DNA from: Phoronis australis | Lineage: Eukaryota > Animalia > Phoronida | DNA length: 64,000 nucleotides | NCBI GenBank assembly: GCA_002633005.1 | Contig: NMRA01000036.1 | Span: forward strand, 503,761-567,760 | Reading direction: 5' to 3' | Shown here: piece by piece, positions 35,801 to 49,200 of the stretch | How positions within the stretch are numbered: position 1 is the stretch's first letter | Layout: each line of letters opens with the position of its first letter | The notes under the pieces: model-generated | What the model was told of the DNA's origin: nothing | The model's database searches: none | Seen by the model: the letters and a program-made list of their open reading frames with translations, nothing else | Made by a program: the position numbers and the translations under genes

Positions 35801-38800
35801 CATCTGTTGAAGTAACTGAAGAGATTGGTATTACTAAGGAGTCGCAAATATCTGCAAGGCATAGTTTTAATAAATGAGAAGTCATGACTTCAAAGTTTCA
35901 GTAAAGAAAATGGTATGATGTACGTAAATGTTCACAACATTGATAAAAAATATGAGCAGCAGGATATTTTCCTACACACTCATGCGCCTATTAGCAAAAC
36001 AATCAAAAGATATGTTTTATGCAGTGAAATTATTGTATTTGAGCAAAAGATGCAGTAGTTGAATGAAAAGTAATAGTTCTGTGGATAATACAAGGGTAAC
36101 GAGAGAGTCAAGTGAGCGTGCACTATTTTTCCTATGGGACTCGATAAAGGAACTTTGGAATTCCTGGAATTCAAGACTCATTAGTTCCGGTAAAAACAAT
36201 TTCTGGTATTGAGGCTTCAGTATAATTTCGTGAACATTTTAGGGATACCCTATAGATATCAGATAATCTTAACATAGAGAAGAAAATGGAGATGGAACCA
36301 CTCTTGACACATCTGAGAAGTTGCTTCCAAGAAACATTATACAAAGAAACTTAAAGCTGTATTTTGCCCTGTCTAAAATCAGGAATCGGCGGAGGCCTTT
36401 TTACTCCCATAAATACGGTGTCATAATATTCTTTACCGTGATAGCATTTTATTGCTTGTATCCGATACTCAATTACACTTTGGGTATCGCAAATGTGTGT
36501 GTGTTATCTCTTGTAATTAAGGAACCCACCTGGTTCCTTCTGTGAAATATTTATTTTTAGAGCTGTGACCCCGAAATTCCCAATACAACTTAAAATACAT
36601 ATTATTCTTGTTTTTATTTGTCCCCAATAATTTCAAAAACGGTATTATCGTTCTTGAGATTTTATCTTTATATCATACGAAATTTGGTCATATAATTAAT
36701 TCTGTAGTTAAGTCTAACGAAGTCACTGAGTTTAATTTCGTAGTTTTGTACATATTTGGCTGAATTACAGAGTTGTCGATGAGGTCTCACATATAAACTT
36801 AATAAGAAAACGCTTCAGTGTTGCACCTGGACAACCCTAAAATGTGACTTGGTATAAAAAATGAAATTCTGTCATGGTTAGAAATATTATGAGACCGCAG
36901 ATACAAGAGTATAAGGCACAATTCTAGTTTTGTTTTCTAGCCAACTAAAACAAGACGAATTGCAGTTTTAACATGTTGGATAAACAAAACAGCTAATGAA
37001 CCTACCGTCTGAAAAGCATTCCATCCTTGCAGGTTGTGACGTCGGCGAATAGCGTAACCAATAGTAACCATAAGACTCTACACCAAATTTCCATAAATCA
37101 TTGCAAGAGCGAGCGTTAACAGGGAACATATCTGTAAAAACGTAATTATCGGCATATATCCATAACTCCAATGAACTAGCCTCACATATAAAAAAACACT
37201 AACTCAACAATGGAACTCGCTTTCGCTTTATATCCAGGTTTTCATTCATCCCCTTGCATACATTACTAAGACCGAGATAAAGAGTAGGAGGTCGACAGCT
37301 TTATGCATTGCTCAGTTGTTTGCCAGGAAAGTCACGATTCAAACCGCGGACTCCTAAACGGGAGTCCCCAGTACGCCACACTGTCCCCTCTTAATTTACT
37401 TCTATCAATAAACTAACTTTTGACATATACCACATGCAGTCGTTCCTCGCGACACCGACTGGATAAATCTCCGGTGGAAAATTGGTAATAGCATGGGTGG
37501 CGCACCATAGGGGACTGGAGGGGGGGAGGGCGGGGGCTATAGCCCCCACTTTTTTCTGTGCTGTGCCGCCCATGGTTTATGGGCAGTGCACTACAGGGAG
37601 GTTGACAGCCCCCCACTTTTTCAGTGCTGCGCCGCCTATTTATATTAGCAACATATCGCGAGGAAGACTATAGAGATCGTCGATAGGCCTCGGCGTCAAA
37701 GTCAGTAATCAGTGCAAAATTGGGCAAATTCTATTTCTCAGTCACAGAGAGTCGGTAGATCACTAATACGTTGCGCGATTTCAGCAGGCCGTCGCTCTAT
37801 GATTAACAGATTGCTGGTAGTATTCAAATAGAGTATCAGCAGCAGGTATTCTACACTTGAGAGTGAAGTTTGAAATGAGGGTTAGGATTTGGCAAACGAG
37901 ACTTCAGAACACATGCATTTTAGTAGGAGAAAAATTTCCTATTTGTTATAATCTTGGGCCTTACTCGACGGCTGGCGAATAATGTTGGTTGTAGATGCTA
38001 ATTGTTGTCTCGACACGGTGCACTAGCATCAGTTTCACATTATTAAGATGCAACCGCTCTATTAGTTTGGTTAATAAGATAGAATTTAATCGGTGGTACT
38101 AGCCGAGCATTTTCATACACGTGATTGGACTGAAGTGTATTTTACAATCTTAAAAGACTGTGTGGATGAACTTACTGACGTTGTAAACCGCAGCTGGAGA
38201 CTGTGCGTTGCTTGGGTTCCCACAGGCTTGTTTTGACGCACCGGGACAGCCAATGGTACAGAGGTTCAAGCCCAGTTTCGTATTCGGCCGGGAATAAGAA
38301 CAATGGCACTCCTCTCCATACACTATGGCGAACAAGCCAAACAAACCTCGGCAGTATTCTATGCATTGAGTGCTGGTCATCGTGGAACTACGCAGTGTCG
38401 GACTGAACCAGGAAGGCTTTTGGTAACATCCATCGAGACCTGGTAAGGGATAGGAATGTCGTCATAAAGTCCCCACAAAACACATATTAAATATAGTTGA
38501 TGCGTATTAGCGGAAAGCAGTTTAAGAAGACCAATTGCGAGTTTAGTCCGTTTTTAAAAGATGTGATGTGACAAGCAATAACGGATAAAAACAATATATG
38601 GAGACCTACTCGTCAACTGAAGTACTATTTAATAGAGTGGAAAATAGTTATTTGTCAATCTTTTTCAGAAGTACGATATAAAAAAATTCACATTTTTCCA
38701 CAGTTTTTAAGTAAGAGTGCATCTTAGCATACATTTGAAGCTTTGGTGTAAACAGAAGTGGCAATTTTGGATGGTTACAATTTTCATGCCCATCCTAAAT

Positions 38801-40470
38801 CCCCGCAGGTACTACAGATCGTTACGCACGACATGGTCCTTCAAGATGATGGCAAGTGCGCAGTCTTTAATTCGTTTGAAGCCCGAAACTGTGGAAGGTT
38901 GCCGAAGGATACATGACGTTGAAATTCTGCTCCAAAGATTTAGTGACCTGCAGGTATTTTTTTTCTGTTTACGACAAGGCTAAGTTATCTTTTTATAGGT
39001 GGTATCGAGTTACTCTTCCTCCATTTACGCACTCAATTTGAAGGGCAACCCAGAGCAGAGGTTTATGAGAAATTAACTCTGGGAAGCGACACGTCTATGT
39101 TTTTCATTGTAGCTTCTGGGTTCAGAGTCTAATCTCCTGGCGAACTCGGACTCTGCTCAGACGTAGACTCGAAAATTAACTGAACACGTCAGATATTTAG
39201 GTTTACTCGATCCTTTCATGCAGTTGACAAAATCTCGAATCGAGTTCGCGAACAGAAATTAGTCCTCGATTCCTCGTTTGACTTTGCATTCGGCGGTAGC
39301 ACACCTTATCAATCATATGCGCCGGAAGATTTTCAGCAAATTACGCTAGACCTTGCTTAACTATTAAAAATCAAGTTTCTATGTTCCTTTCAAGTATTGG
39401 CAATTAGATTTCTCAAACTCTTCCTGCTGGAGCAGATACTCCTGGAATCAACATTTTTGAATAGTTCTTCGTTCTATCAACGAAATCATGAATTGTGCCA
39501 ATCCTGTTGTGATTGCATGTCTATGGCATATATTTTTTCAGTTACATGGAGGTCGAATTCCATGACTTCGGGAGTGAGCCTATCACACCTGTACTACACT
39601 GGAGATCCGTCAGAGCTTCCAACTGCTCGAAATCGTATCAGGGTTGCTAGTCTCGCTTATACGCAAATGCTATTTGTCAATGATTTCGTTGACGAAAGAA
39701 AAGTCGTATAAGAAAGAAGTCTGAATTACGGAAGTATTTGCTCGAGGTGGAAGAATTTAAAGACAACGACGACCTCCAAAGCTGTCCTTTTTTGCTTAAA
39801 TGTACTTGTAGCGACGTAACTTAGATGAAATAGCCAGTCTGAAGTATAAGTTGCCAAAACGCTTCCAGCGTATGGAGGATCTACCGGATTGTCCCCGTCT
39901 GTGACAGATCAGCTGTACTGTCTACTTTCGCTTAAGCTGCTTAGCAAACCAGAGCTTTTGCTTTTTGTACTATATTGTGAATAATTACAATCACATTACT
40001 ATAATGACACGTCAAATTTTGTTACCTGTTGTTTCCTCGCAAACATAATAATACGAATCAGAACAGTCGGTTGCTGAGTACCCGCTGCCGTTGTAATACA
40101 CGCATCTGTGGGTCTCGTTGAACACCGACTCTTCAAATTTATTGACAGCACCGCTGATGGATGTGTAATAGTTATTTAGTTTGTTGGCGTAGTATCCTGT
40201 CCAAAAGTCAGTTTTTGCTGAGCTGTTAACAATATACTGAAATTCCGTCAGGCTAGTACTCAGGAGAAAGCCATTTTTCTGAATACAGTCAACTCGTGCA
40301 GCGTTAAACGTTTTCTTGACTTCGACCACAACATAACAGCGCCTGCCATGTTGAGTAGCTGACTGGTGCATGCAAGCAGTGGCTGCCACACCGCCATTGA
40401 TTAATAGAATTACACTAACTAATAGGATATACATAACCAGAGTCCTTTTGACTTTGTATTCCCTGGTCAT
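20712..40470 (-). CDS. Multi-exon secreted or cell-surface mosaic protein: signal peptide, C-type lectin, WSC, SCxDL..G.Y module, F5/8C, WSC, Sushi x3, WSC (3' end unresolved; possibly a pseudogene)
   Basis: 13 exons chain with compatible GT-AG phases except at the F5/8C exon beside the gap; see the exon entries. Confidence 0.8.
22616..22768 (-). CDS. Mosaic gene exon: WSC N-half (FKGCF...ENCKQHC...FEFSG)
   Basis: 153 nt, phase 1/1. Confidence 0.82.
23748..23936 (-). CDS. Mosaic gene exon: Sushi/CCP domain 3
   Basis: CPEPPTV.N...G..VSYHC..G...ITC...G.WS....C; 189 nt, phase 1/1. Confidence 0.9.
24708..25008. mobile_element. MITE with ~26-bp imperfect terminal inverted repeats
   Basis: CTACGACTTAACCTACAACAACTTGTTAC versus GTAACTTGTTCTAGGATAAGTCATAG. 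Confidence 0.5.
25630..25818 (-). CDS. Mosaic gene exon: Sushi/CCP domain 2
   Basis: C..LP.I.N...ATFTC.PGY...C....W...C; 189 nt, phase 1/1. Confidence 0.9.
27241..27423 (-). CDS. Mosaic gene exon: Sushi/CCP domain 1
   Basis: CPEPP.V..G...G.TASYKC..DY...ITC..NG.W...C; 183 nt, phase 1/1. Confidence 0.9.
27876..28010 (-). CDS. Mosaic gene exon: WSC C-half (CGCGN...CEKACSGN..QYCGG...SVY)
   Basis: 135 nt, phase 1/1. Confidence 0.88.
28630..28767 (-). CDS. Mosaic gene exon: WSC N-half (YVGCF...CISRC...YAAM.NG)
   Basis: 138 nt, phase 1/1; not in the ORF track. Confidence 0.82.
30250..30800. repeat. Diverged direct repeat with ~400-bp period
   Basis: GGACTAGAAA..C.TA...AACGTAGA...TCGAGTT.GATTTCGAGTA..AAGAT at 30259-30401 and 30655-30787. 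Confidence 0.6.
32507..32751 (-). CDS. Mosaic gene exon 6: F5/8C C-terminal half, with lesions
   Basis: LTYLRLQLMHDCFDW and F.SPVKADAIKLTPKTW...GLRFNIFGC lie in different frames. No AG at the expected acceptor. Donor GTAAGT at 32506. The 5' boundary is inferred. Confidence 0.6.
32789..33380. other. Assembly gap (592 N)
   Basis: Run of n preceded by a poly-A homopolymer. Confidence 1.
35332..35435 (-). CDS. Mosaic gene exon 5: F5/8C (WAP...PMIQLSL...ITALQVQG)
   Basis: Phase 2/1, discoidin consensus. Confidence 0.8.
35773..35851 (-). CDS. Mosaic gene exon 4: start of F5/8 type C (discoidin) domain
   Basis: ICDSLVIP...NAR; acceptor ttgcAG, donor GTAAGA, phase 1/2. Confidence 0.7.
37006..37131 (-). 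CDS. Mosaic gene exon 3: SCNDLWKFG..SYGYYWL module (resembles the start of a fibrinogen-C/COLFI domain)
   Basis: 126 nt, phase 1/1, AG/GT flanks. Confidence 0.75.
37492..37639. mobile_element. Dimeric GC-rich palindromic MITE, copy 1
   Basis: CATGGG.GGCGCACCATAGG...GCTATAGCCCC...GCCGCCCATG unit in tandem; a second copy lies at 54819. Confidence 0.65.
38176..38439 (-). CDS. Mosaic gene exon 2: WSC domain
   Basis: GCY...MTSTQCIEYC...G.EC.C...C...CPG...ACG...VY; 264 nt, phase 1/1. Confidence 0.88.
40026..40470 (-). CDS. Mosaic gene exon 1: signal peptide and C-type lectin domain
   Basis: Hydrophobic ILLVSVILLINGGVAA; CY...TFNAARVDC...G.L, FWTG, CV...DC...YYVCE; phase-1 donor GTAAC. Confidence 0.88.
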
Positions 40471-42114
40471 ATTACTTGCTTCGTACTCACAACTCTTGTA
40501 ACCAACAAATTATTTGACATTCATCGTGACCATTCACTGGACACCGCAATTCAACAAAGAAAGTACGATACTTCCGACGACCATCCATCCGTGCCTCAGT
40601 TAGAAGTAACACGCCGTTTTCAAACTGCAAGCTCAATATTTGAAGATAGTAGCGCTTGCCTGTAAACCAATATTGAACTAGAAAAGACAGTATAAAAAGA
40701 ACGTCGATGATATCGATCCAAATTCTGGGATGCGATTGATTGATGAAACGACGCCTTACTTGTTACCAATACCAAGACAAAGCATGTACATCTACTGTAC
40801 CTGATGGCGATAGCACAATAAGGGTAATAGTCCTTGAATGCATAGAAATATTTTGCTTCTATATTGTTTTCATATTGTACCATTCTATGAGTTATTATTC
40901 AATTTTGTTCTCCTACTAAGTCCCCAAAACTCCAACAATGTGTCACTTGGTAGGGGTTGATTCGGAAGATTTCATCTGTGACGCTACTGTCATTTTCGAA
41001 TACATCGTGTGGCAGTTGTCAGCCACTGAGCATCCGGTGACATCACAATTAACTTTCTGGCGTACTTTACACCGAGTCACGGTTTTGAATTCGGCATGCG
41101 TAGCGCGGGCGCAGTAGCGTGAGTGGTAGGGAACTTGGTGAACAAGCCGATTTTTACCGTGCGCTCAATGGATATCCAACAATAATATACAAATTTCTAA
41201 GACAATGATACGTAAATGACCAAAAGGCCCCTGACATTAAATTTGTACCATAATTACGTGAATGCCACAGGGTTGCTTGGGTACAAACTTTCAAATCACT
41301 CATGAAGTTAGCTTTTATTAATTTTGCTCATTCGCGAGGCACTCTTCTTAAGCAAAATCATGAAAAGAGGTCATTTAAGTGGAACTTTGGGGGCATATAA
41401 ACTGGAGCTGTGGTGGAGGTTCGATGCTCACTGTAGGCCGGTTTATATGGACGTTTTTGATCGCTAGTTTAATCGTCATTTCAACATACCGAGTAAAATC
41501 CCAACCTTTAATCGTCATTTCATTACCCACTAAAATGGTGGATTTTGCTCGAAAGTGCCGAGCAAAATCTTACGCCAAAAACAAAAATCACTCAGACCAC
41601 CTGCAGACACCGGACGTGGTTCACAGTTCTGTAGGGGGCGTAGGCGCACGTAGACGCAGCCAACCACCTTTTGGCATTTGAACGTAGCGCCTACGCACCG
41701 TAAGTTACGTTCAGTGCTCAAGGTCATACGGTGGCCTTTGGGCGCCTACTTACCTCTAATTTCACCACTGCCAGTGGCAGATCTACGTTTTCAGTAAGGG
41801 GGGGGGGGGTAGGATTCGAGCGAATCCGAGGCGCGTGGCGCCGAGTGGAAGAAAGGTCGGTAGGAGGTTTCCCCCCTCCCATGTAAGATTTTTTGTGGTT
41901 TTTAGAAGCTGATTTCGTTTTTCTTGCGATTTTTTTTCAATTTTTATTTTTGATTCTGTCCCGGGGTTTTGAACCCCCTGAACCCCCCTCTAGACTGCAG
42001 CACTGGTGGTTCAACAAACCCTTGCGCACTTCATGACATCGCTTCGCGCAATTTGCATTGGAGCACAAGACGTGACGCGTTTTTATTTTATTCCGGAAAT
42101 GTGGTCAGGGGTAC

Positions 42115-42227
42115 GGTGGCCCAAAGATGACATCGCGCATTTCTCAGGATCTCGAGATAATTAAGTCGGAATCTTGAGATCTTGAGATCATGAAAAAGAA
42201 ACGCGCGATGTCATCTTTTGTGCCACC
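42115..42227. mobile_element. Short MITE or foldback
   Basis: GGTGGCCCAAAGATGACATCGCGC ... GCGCGATGTCATCTTTTGTGCCACC inverted repeats. Confidence 0.65.
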
Positions 42228-45200
42228 ATAAGAGCTGTAGGTTTGGTTGCCGTTTGTTTTGTTCTAAACTACAGCTCCTTTATATGTTCCCCGTTAGCCC
42301 AGTTGTCGATACCCAGGGGTAACCTCATTTACTAGGTTTGCACTTACAGTCGGAGTTGTGGCACTTGTTCCAGTGAGAACTGAGAGTATAAAGAAATGAC
42401 GAGAGCAACGAAACTCCCCTGCTTGCTAACAGAGGGTGCTTTGTAAAATAGTGCAGAAATGGCGGAGAAAATAATCATGTAAACAGTCGCAAATCACCGT
42501 TTAAAAGTAAGCGAAAAATAGCAAAAAGCAGAGTAAACAATCCTCAAAAAAATTATGTAAATGCTGCTTGTATATGCACTGTGATGTGAAGTAATGGATT
42601 ATGGATTTGTCTCGCCTTTTTACCTAGTATGTTCTTGCATCTGTGTACTGACTGTACGTATTACACCTGATGATGATGGTGTTGAGGAATATGGAAACGT
42701 TGTTCTTGTTATTTAATTTTGTAATAACTTTTATTCCTCTGATCTCGTCTTTGCTGGTCATATAATACCGGAGTGAGTGGTGATAGTAATAATTTGCAAC
42801 TGTAAAACTATTGAGGCACTGTTTGAAATAGACAAAATGAGCATCACCTTACACGCTCCAAAATTACTTGTGGTTCTAAGAAGTGTTATTTTCTTCATAT
42901 TGTTTACACGTCACCACGAGTTGGTTCCAAAATGTATCACGCTTTTTAAAGTCTGCTTCCAGTCCTGGGTATACAGTTTTGATTTTTTTTCGTAATAATG
43001 TCTGCAGTATCACCAATCATGTATTATTCCATTACACATACTCTTGCATTTTGGTCAATTTACGAAGTATGTTCCATTTAGGAACACTTCAATCCCTTTT
43101 GAAAACTCAAATTAACCTTTTCAGAACTCTTAATATTATTACCACAACCAAATCACAAATTCTGTGAAAAGTGAAATGACTAAACTTGCAAACTATTGCT
43201 ATTAATTTTTCTGTATTATTCTTCGGTATATCCCGGAACCTATATTCTCCTCACCTACAGTTCTCCAACTGATATCTCTCTGTTCCAACGTAGTATACTT
43301 TTTATGTTCTCTCGTTCCGACATTCCGCCCGCATGGAATTCCTGGGCCACGATGTTCCTTCCCTCTTTCCGATATTTCCCGGCTCGGTGCTAACTAGTTC
43401 CTTATAAGTTGGGTGCCTTTCCTAATTTCCATTATACCGGAGGCCAGAAGCTTTTTAGTCGTCTATCAAATCCTGAACCAAGAGGTTTACATATCCAATT
43501 AACGTGACCATGTTTCTCTTTTTGCTTTTTAAGCATCAGCATCTGCTCCTGTGAACAGGGACGTAGGAAGTGAGCTTAGAGGCGGAGGGCACGAGCCACA
43601 CAATAATTTCCAGGCGTCGTGGTATAGGCGACCAATATAGGCGTTGGGCCGGGTGCATGACAATCGAAAGCAGAAAAACACAGCGAAACCAGTAACACTG
43701 ATACAAAACAGTTAACAGAACATTTGTCATCTGCCAGTTGTTCACCCTAGCTGGGACATTTTCAATTAAGGATGACACATTGTCCTTTAACGTCCTTGAC
43801 AACGCATTCTTCACATACAATGTACAGTGTCAAACGTATGAAAAGTTTTCTCGGTTTATGACAATAAAGTACGTGGTCCGTCGGCTTCCCTTCAACTGAC
43901 AAGCCATACTATTACTCACACCTTGAAAAGTGACTGAGATGCAAAGTGGGCCGGCAGTTTGCAGTGGTTCAGCTTGCAAATTATTCAGGTAGTTTCCATC
44001 CTATCTCATTTGAGAATTAAAAATCGTGGAGTGTTTCTGTTTGTCGTTAATGATTTGAAAATAGGCTGGTAGGTGGAGCTCAAAATACACACATCAAAGC
44101 TGAAAGCATGCACGTCGAAACACTAAAAAGTTATCTTCCTTTTTTGTACTTTAGAACATCACATGCGCTCAACCGAATTTTTTTATTATAACTCCACTAT
44201 AAAACAGCCCTACATGCATTTGCGTTAAAAAATAATGATGATCATATATTAGGCTAAATTGTTTGACGATAACTCATTATTGTAGTGTTTTCAATCGTGT
44301 TCTTCCATTTACCTTAGGTACAGTTTAACATGAATCAATAAGGAAAGTGGACGGACGGTGTGTACAATAAAATCCAAATGCAACTTACTTTTACATTCGA
44401 AGAAACTGAAACAAGAAAGCGTTTGTTTAAATGTTGATGAAAAGCCAGAAGGTCTCTCGTCAAGGAATATAAAAGTTTAAGTTTTAGCAAATACCAAAGC
44501 CTGTCGCACGCCCATTTCACCAAAATCTATAGGACACCACGTGGTATAATCGTCTTCATATACTGAAAGTTTGGTAGATACATTGCTTCAGTTGCTCCAT
44601 GGAAACTCTCTATTTAAATAATCCTACATCAATCGAAAAATGTCCAGTGAAAGTTACTATTAAACCGACCGCCTTCTATGGTGCGGCGTACTAAAAACGT
44701 AGAGTACTCTGAGACTTATGACGAATGTTTCAGTGCCAATCTTTATTTGATTGGTAAACTAAACAAAGAGACGAGTAAGATAAAACACCAGTATTGTCTG
44801 CCACCTCACCGTTGAGCAAGAAGGGGCTTCAAGGGTAGAGAGAAGGAGGGACAGAATTAGCATCTGAGGAAAAAGACTAATAGCAAACAGTACTTTCTTA
44901 GTCTTGATGACTGATTAAATGTTGTTATGAATGACATTTACAAATACATGTACTATGCACACCTCGGGATTACAACAATGATCTACTTAGTTAAAAAGCA
45001 TGAAGAAATAAGTGGCATTTTACTGTCCAGCCTTCGAAGTGTCTGACATGTGTGTTCTTATCAAAGGAGAATTCTAACTGGCACGGTGTAGAACACAAAT
45101 TAATTACTGGATGCTTTAAAAGCTCTATGTAATTGCCGTAAAATCTTGTAATACCCGTTAACAATGTAGATCTCCCTGAGATGTCGTGTCACTCGGGACC

Positions 45201-46255
45201 AATTCTTCACATTTAAATGAAGTTGGTATTGATTCTCCAAAGAGATAGGGCCTACAACGTGAGGTCAATTCTCGAAGACTTTATGAAATTTGAAACTTTT
45301 GATACAGTTATGAGTGAATTAATCAATTTTATTTTCGTCTGTAGACAAGAAGTTTTTTTATCATTAATAACTGAAAACAACAATGAATTTAACATATTTA
45401 TTGCATTTCCGATCGTACAAGTAGATAACAGACATGTTTTGTGATCAACAACTTTTTCTATGTTATCCTGCAATCAATAACCAAATTGTTACAAGCAAAT
45501 TCAACGATTCTGGTCGTCAGCAACTATCTTTTCACAGATCACAAATTAACAAACCTAATATCTTGGAAAAAGCAAACTGAGATCGGTTTTACATCGCTAA
45601 GTAGACTGGAAAAAAGGTTGTAATGAGACAAAAAGACAGGTTTATAGCAACTTATATGCAATGAGACTCATCAAAAAAACATTTTTGACAAGCCTTCATA
45701 AACAGTTTTCTCAAAAAACTTATTTTACAGCGTATGTGCAACAAACCCAAAAAAGCACCAAGAATCGAGCAATCTCGAAACAGGACAGTCGGAACACTTA
45801 AAACCATACGACATCATACCATGAACAAAACAACACAATACCAAATGATCATTTTTGAAACAGAAAAATATACGAGTATCACATTCGAAATGGTACAGCC
45901 GCCGTCAACACTAACTCAACAGTTATAATTGAAAAAAAACATCGGTAGTTAAAAAGAGAGATGACTGCTATGCATGTAACAAATAATGCCACTAAAATTG
46001 CTAAAACATCAGACTTCTGTCATAGAAACCAATCAGCTTTTTGGTTGGAACTAGTTTTTAACGCACATAATACCTGCCATCCCAAGCCAGCTTAACCCAA
46101 TTTGAGCAAAAACCTAGTATTGTTTTTTTATTCTCTAACTAATAAATAACCTCTGTAGAGAAAACCAGGCAGAACAACTTTATATCCGGTGGTGGACAAG
46201 AATAAAAAAGTTAAATTGACACAAGGCAAGTTTAAGCTGCTTAAAATGTCTTTAA

Positions 46256-49200
46256 GAGTCAATGCATGAGAAGGTCAGGCAATTTGCAGTATTCTGGGAA
46301 CATGACATGTCACGAATTTTAAATTTGATATAGTATGCATATCATTTGGGGGGGAATTAGCTCCAAAACATAAACATTAGTTTTGTCCCTAGTCACTTTG
46401 TAAGTATAGAACAAATAACTAAATCGGGTGAGAAATTGGCGGTAACCCCTTGTGCGTGACGGTTGAAAATGACCCAATGTTTCAATGGAAATTAAACCAC
46501 TTTTCAGGGGTTAAAAAAATCAAAATTTGATCGAGTGATACACTACTATCCTCTTTAAATTTGACAATGTCAAAAAAATATCACAATGCCGTATTTTGAT
46601 ATTTTTAAAGAACTTTTGAATGCCTTGCCTCTACGGGCCAAAAGCAGCGACCCATTTAGACCTAATTAGAGGCCTATGTAATTCAAGCGCGCAAAATTGC
46701 TCACTGACCGTCCACACATAGATTTTTTGATAGCTACAGCCCTCGTCTGTGACAAGATATCTTTATTTCTGTGGACAGAACCTGTTTTAATCCTCGAATT
46801 AACACTTAAGCGAAGGCACTTTTGCAACTCGAAAGGAACTCGAGCAGCTTGTTGGCATGGGTTGGCATGATAGCCAACAACACCCGAAGATCGTGGCTAT
46901 GATGTGCGGAGAAAGCGGGCTGCCAAAGTCACAGGTATTGAAATAGAAGGTGACGTTCATGATTTAAGTGCATGGTCGTTGAAGTCAAATCAAATCTATA
47001 ACTTTTGCTATTTATTTCATTCACTGGCTGCTCCTAGTTGACATAACAGTCAACACGGAAATATGCTGTGTGATGTGCTGTATTGCAACTCAACAAAAAG
47101 TGAAGCTAGCTGCTGTCCAACTTTACCCAACAGCCTATGCACGCTTGGACATTCTTACAAATTTAGGCTTGATTTTTGACGTGAAGTCAATTAATCAAGC
47201 TACTCCAACAGCACAACTCTCTCACATACGAACACAGCTTCTGGATTTGCCAGCTCAGTTTGTGAATTCACAAATCATGGCTTACCCAACCAAAAAGCAT
47301 GTCTCCTGGTCCTATGCACTAAGAAATATCTCACAGACTGCAAACACAGCTTCCGTACGTATAAACACTCCTCACACACTATTCCCAGAGTCATGCACAT
47401 TAATCTCAGTCACATGAGTTTTGAGCCGAGTTTGGTGTGTGTGAACGGAGATCGGCTCACAATTAGGTGTGTGAGTGGTGTTCACGATTGTTTGACCATT
47501 GTTGTTCAGGTAGCCTGCCAATGGACTAGATAACATATACCATCTTATTGATTTTTGCATTTGCAGGTGTAAAAAACAAAGGCAGATAGTACCCAAACAG
47601 CATGAGAGTAATACATAACAATGAGGTGGTCTCTGAAATCAGCATGAAGATCTGAAAGAATGATTGAAAACGTAAAGAAGATTTTGACTGATTCGTTCAA
47701 CGAAGGCACGAAAACTGGTAAAAATCGATCCAGTGAGGTGTTTTCAATAGACAAGAACTGTAAAGAAAGGCCGTGTCCAGTTGAGGTTTGCACAAGAAGA
47801 ATGGCGCACATTAAAGCAAATCGGAAACTTCTTCACGAGACTTGCTGCTCAGCAGAAGCGTAGACCATACAGCTCAGACTCTGATGAAGATAATGGCACT
47901 GTTGCACAGGCAATTAAAATGCTGAGATGTGTGCTTGTGTGTTTGACCAAATGGTGGTGTCCCAGCCTGTAATGTTTCGGAACTTTGATTTGAGTCACCT
48001 GTCACAACAGAAGACTTTGAATAAGTTGAAGGTGGAAGATTTAAGGGTTGCTTGCCAGTATTTGGGCATCACTGTTCCTTCACAGTTGAAAAGGACTTCT
48101 ATTTGGATATTTTGAGCAGTGTCCATGAAGATCACAATCATCAGTACGAGAGTGCCCCTTTAACTATCGTTTCCAGGTTATTTGTATACATACATATACA
48201 GTACAAGCCAAAAGTATTAAAAAATGGCTCCGATTTTCTTGCCATGACGGATGAGCAGAAGTCGAATTCGTGGTCAAAGTGGTCTTTCTTGGTGACTGAG
48301 AATGAAGGGGAATTAACAAAAAAGTTAGTTTGGTGGCTAAGGCATTCTGTAATTAGCCGCCGTTATAATCGGTCATTTTCGCATTAAGAGAACTAGTCGT
48401 CAAGCTAGGCAAAGATTTATATTGTCTGATTATTTTGCGTTGTTCTGTATGACTGTTTGAGTGCATGCAAGCATGTCTGTGTGGACCCATTATGCTGTCA
48501 TCCCTGTCTTTTTGTATGGCATCCGCTGCTGCATCTCCAAACCCTTGGTGAATGTGAAATTTTAAAGATGGGATGACACAAGAGAATTTTCGGATGTACC
48601 ACTGTGCACCTAGTGGCAACTTTACTTCTTCATGGTAGTCTCTTTATCTAGCAAGTTCCTTGACTGATTTTCATCAAATTTCTCAAATAGATTTCAGTTA
48701 TGGAGACGACCACAATTTCCTATTTCCTTACGTGTTTCTATGTAATATATACAACAGTGTTGCCACTGAGATGAGTACGGCTCACATTGATTATTGATTG
48801 GACGATCTCCTATGATGCCCCCTAGTAGCAATTTATGTTTTCTTTATGTATGCCTCTATTTCGTGCAATATAGTTATTTTTTCCATTTTCGATTGGATTC
48901 AAAGTATTCAGTGCCAATAAAGGTTATTATTTCTGTCAGCGGCCTCTCTGTTCTTTAAAGTGCTTGGAGAACAGTTAAGAAATTTTGCTCATGTGTTCCT
49001 GTTGAGATGATCACGAGTGACAGGTTTTCTGATGGGTGCAATCACTGTGGCTTTGGGAATTGCATTTTTTGTTTACCTGTGTGGCAATATGTACACAAGT
49101 TCTTTTGATGAATCAGGGTGAAATTTGGAGTATGTGTTGCATTATTGAGGAGTATGCCCGCCATAAACTTTAGGACATGTCTGAGTGCCGTGACGTCCTC

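Noticed and set aside
37322-37390. tRNA or SINE head on the minus strand (GGTTTGAATC)
   Set aside because: Only a degenerate B box; too little to call.
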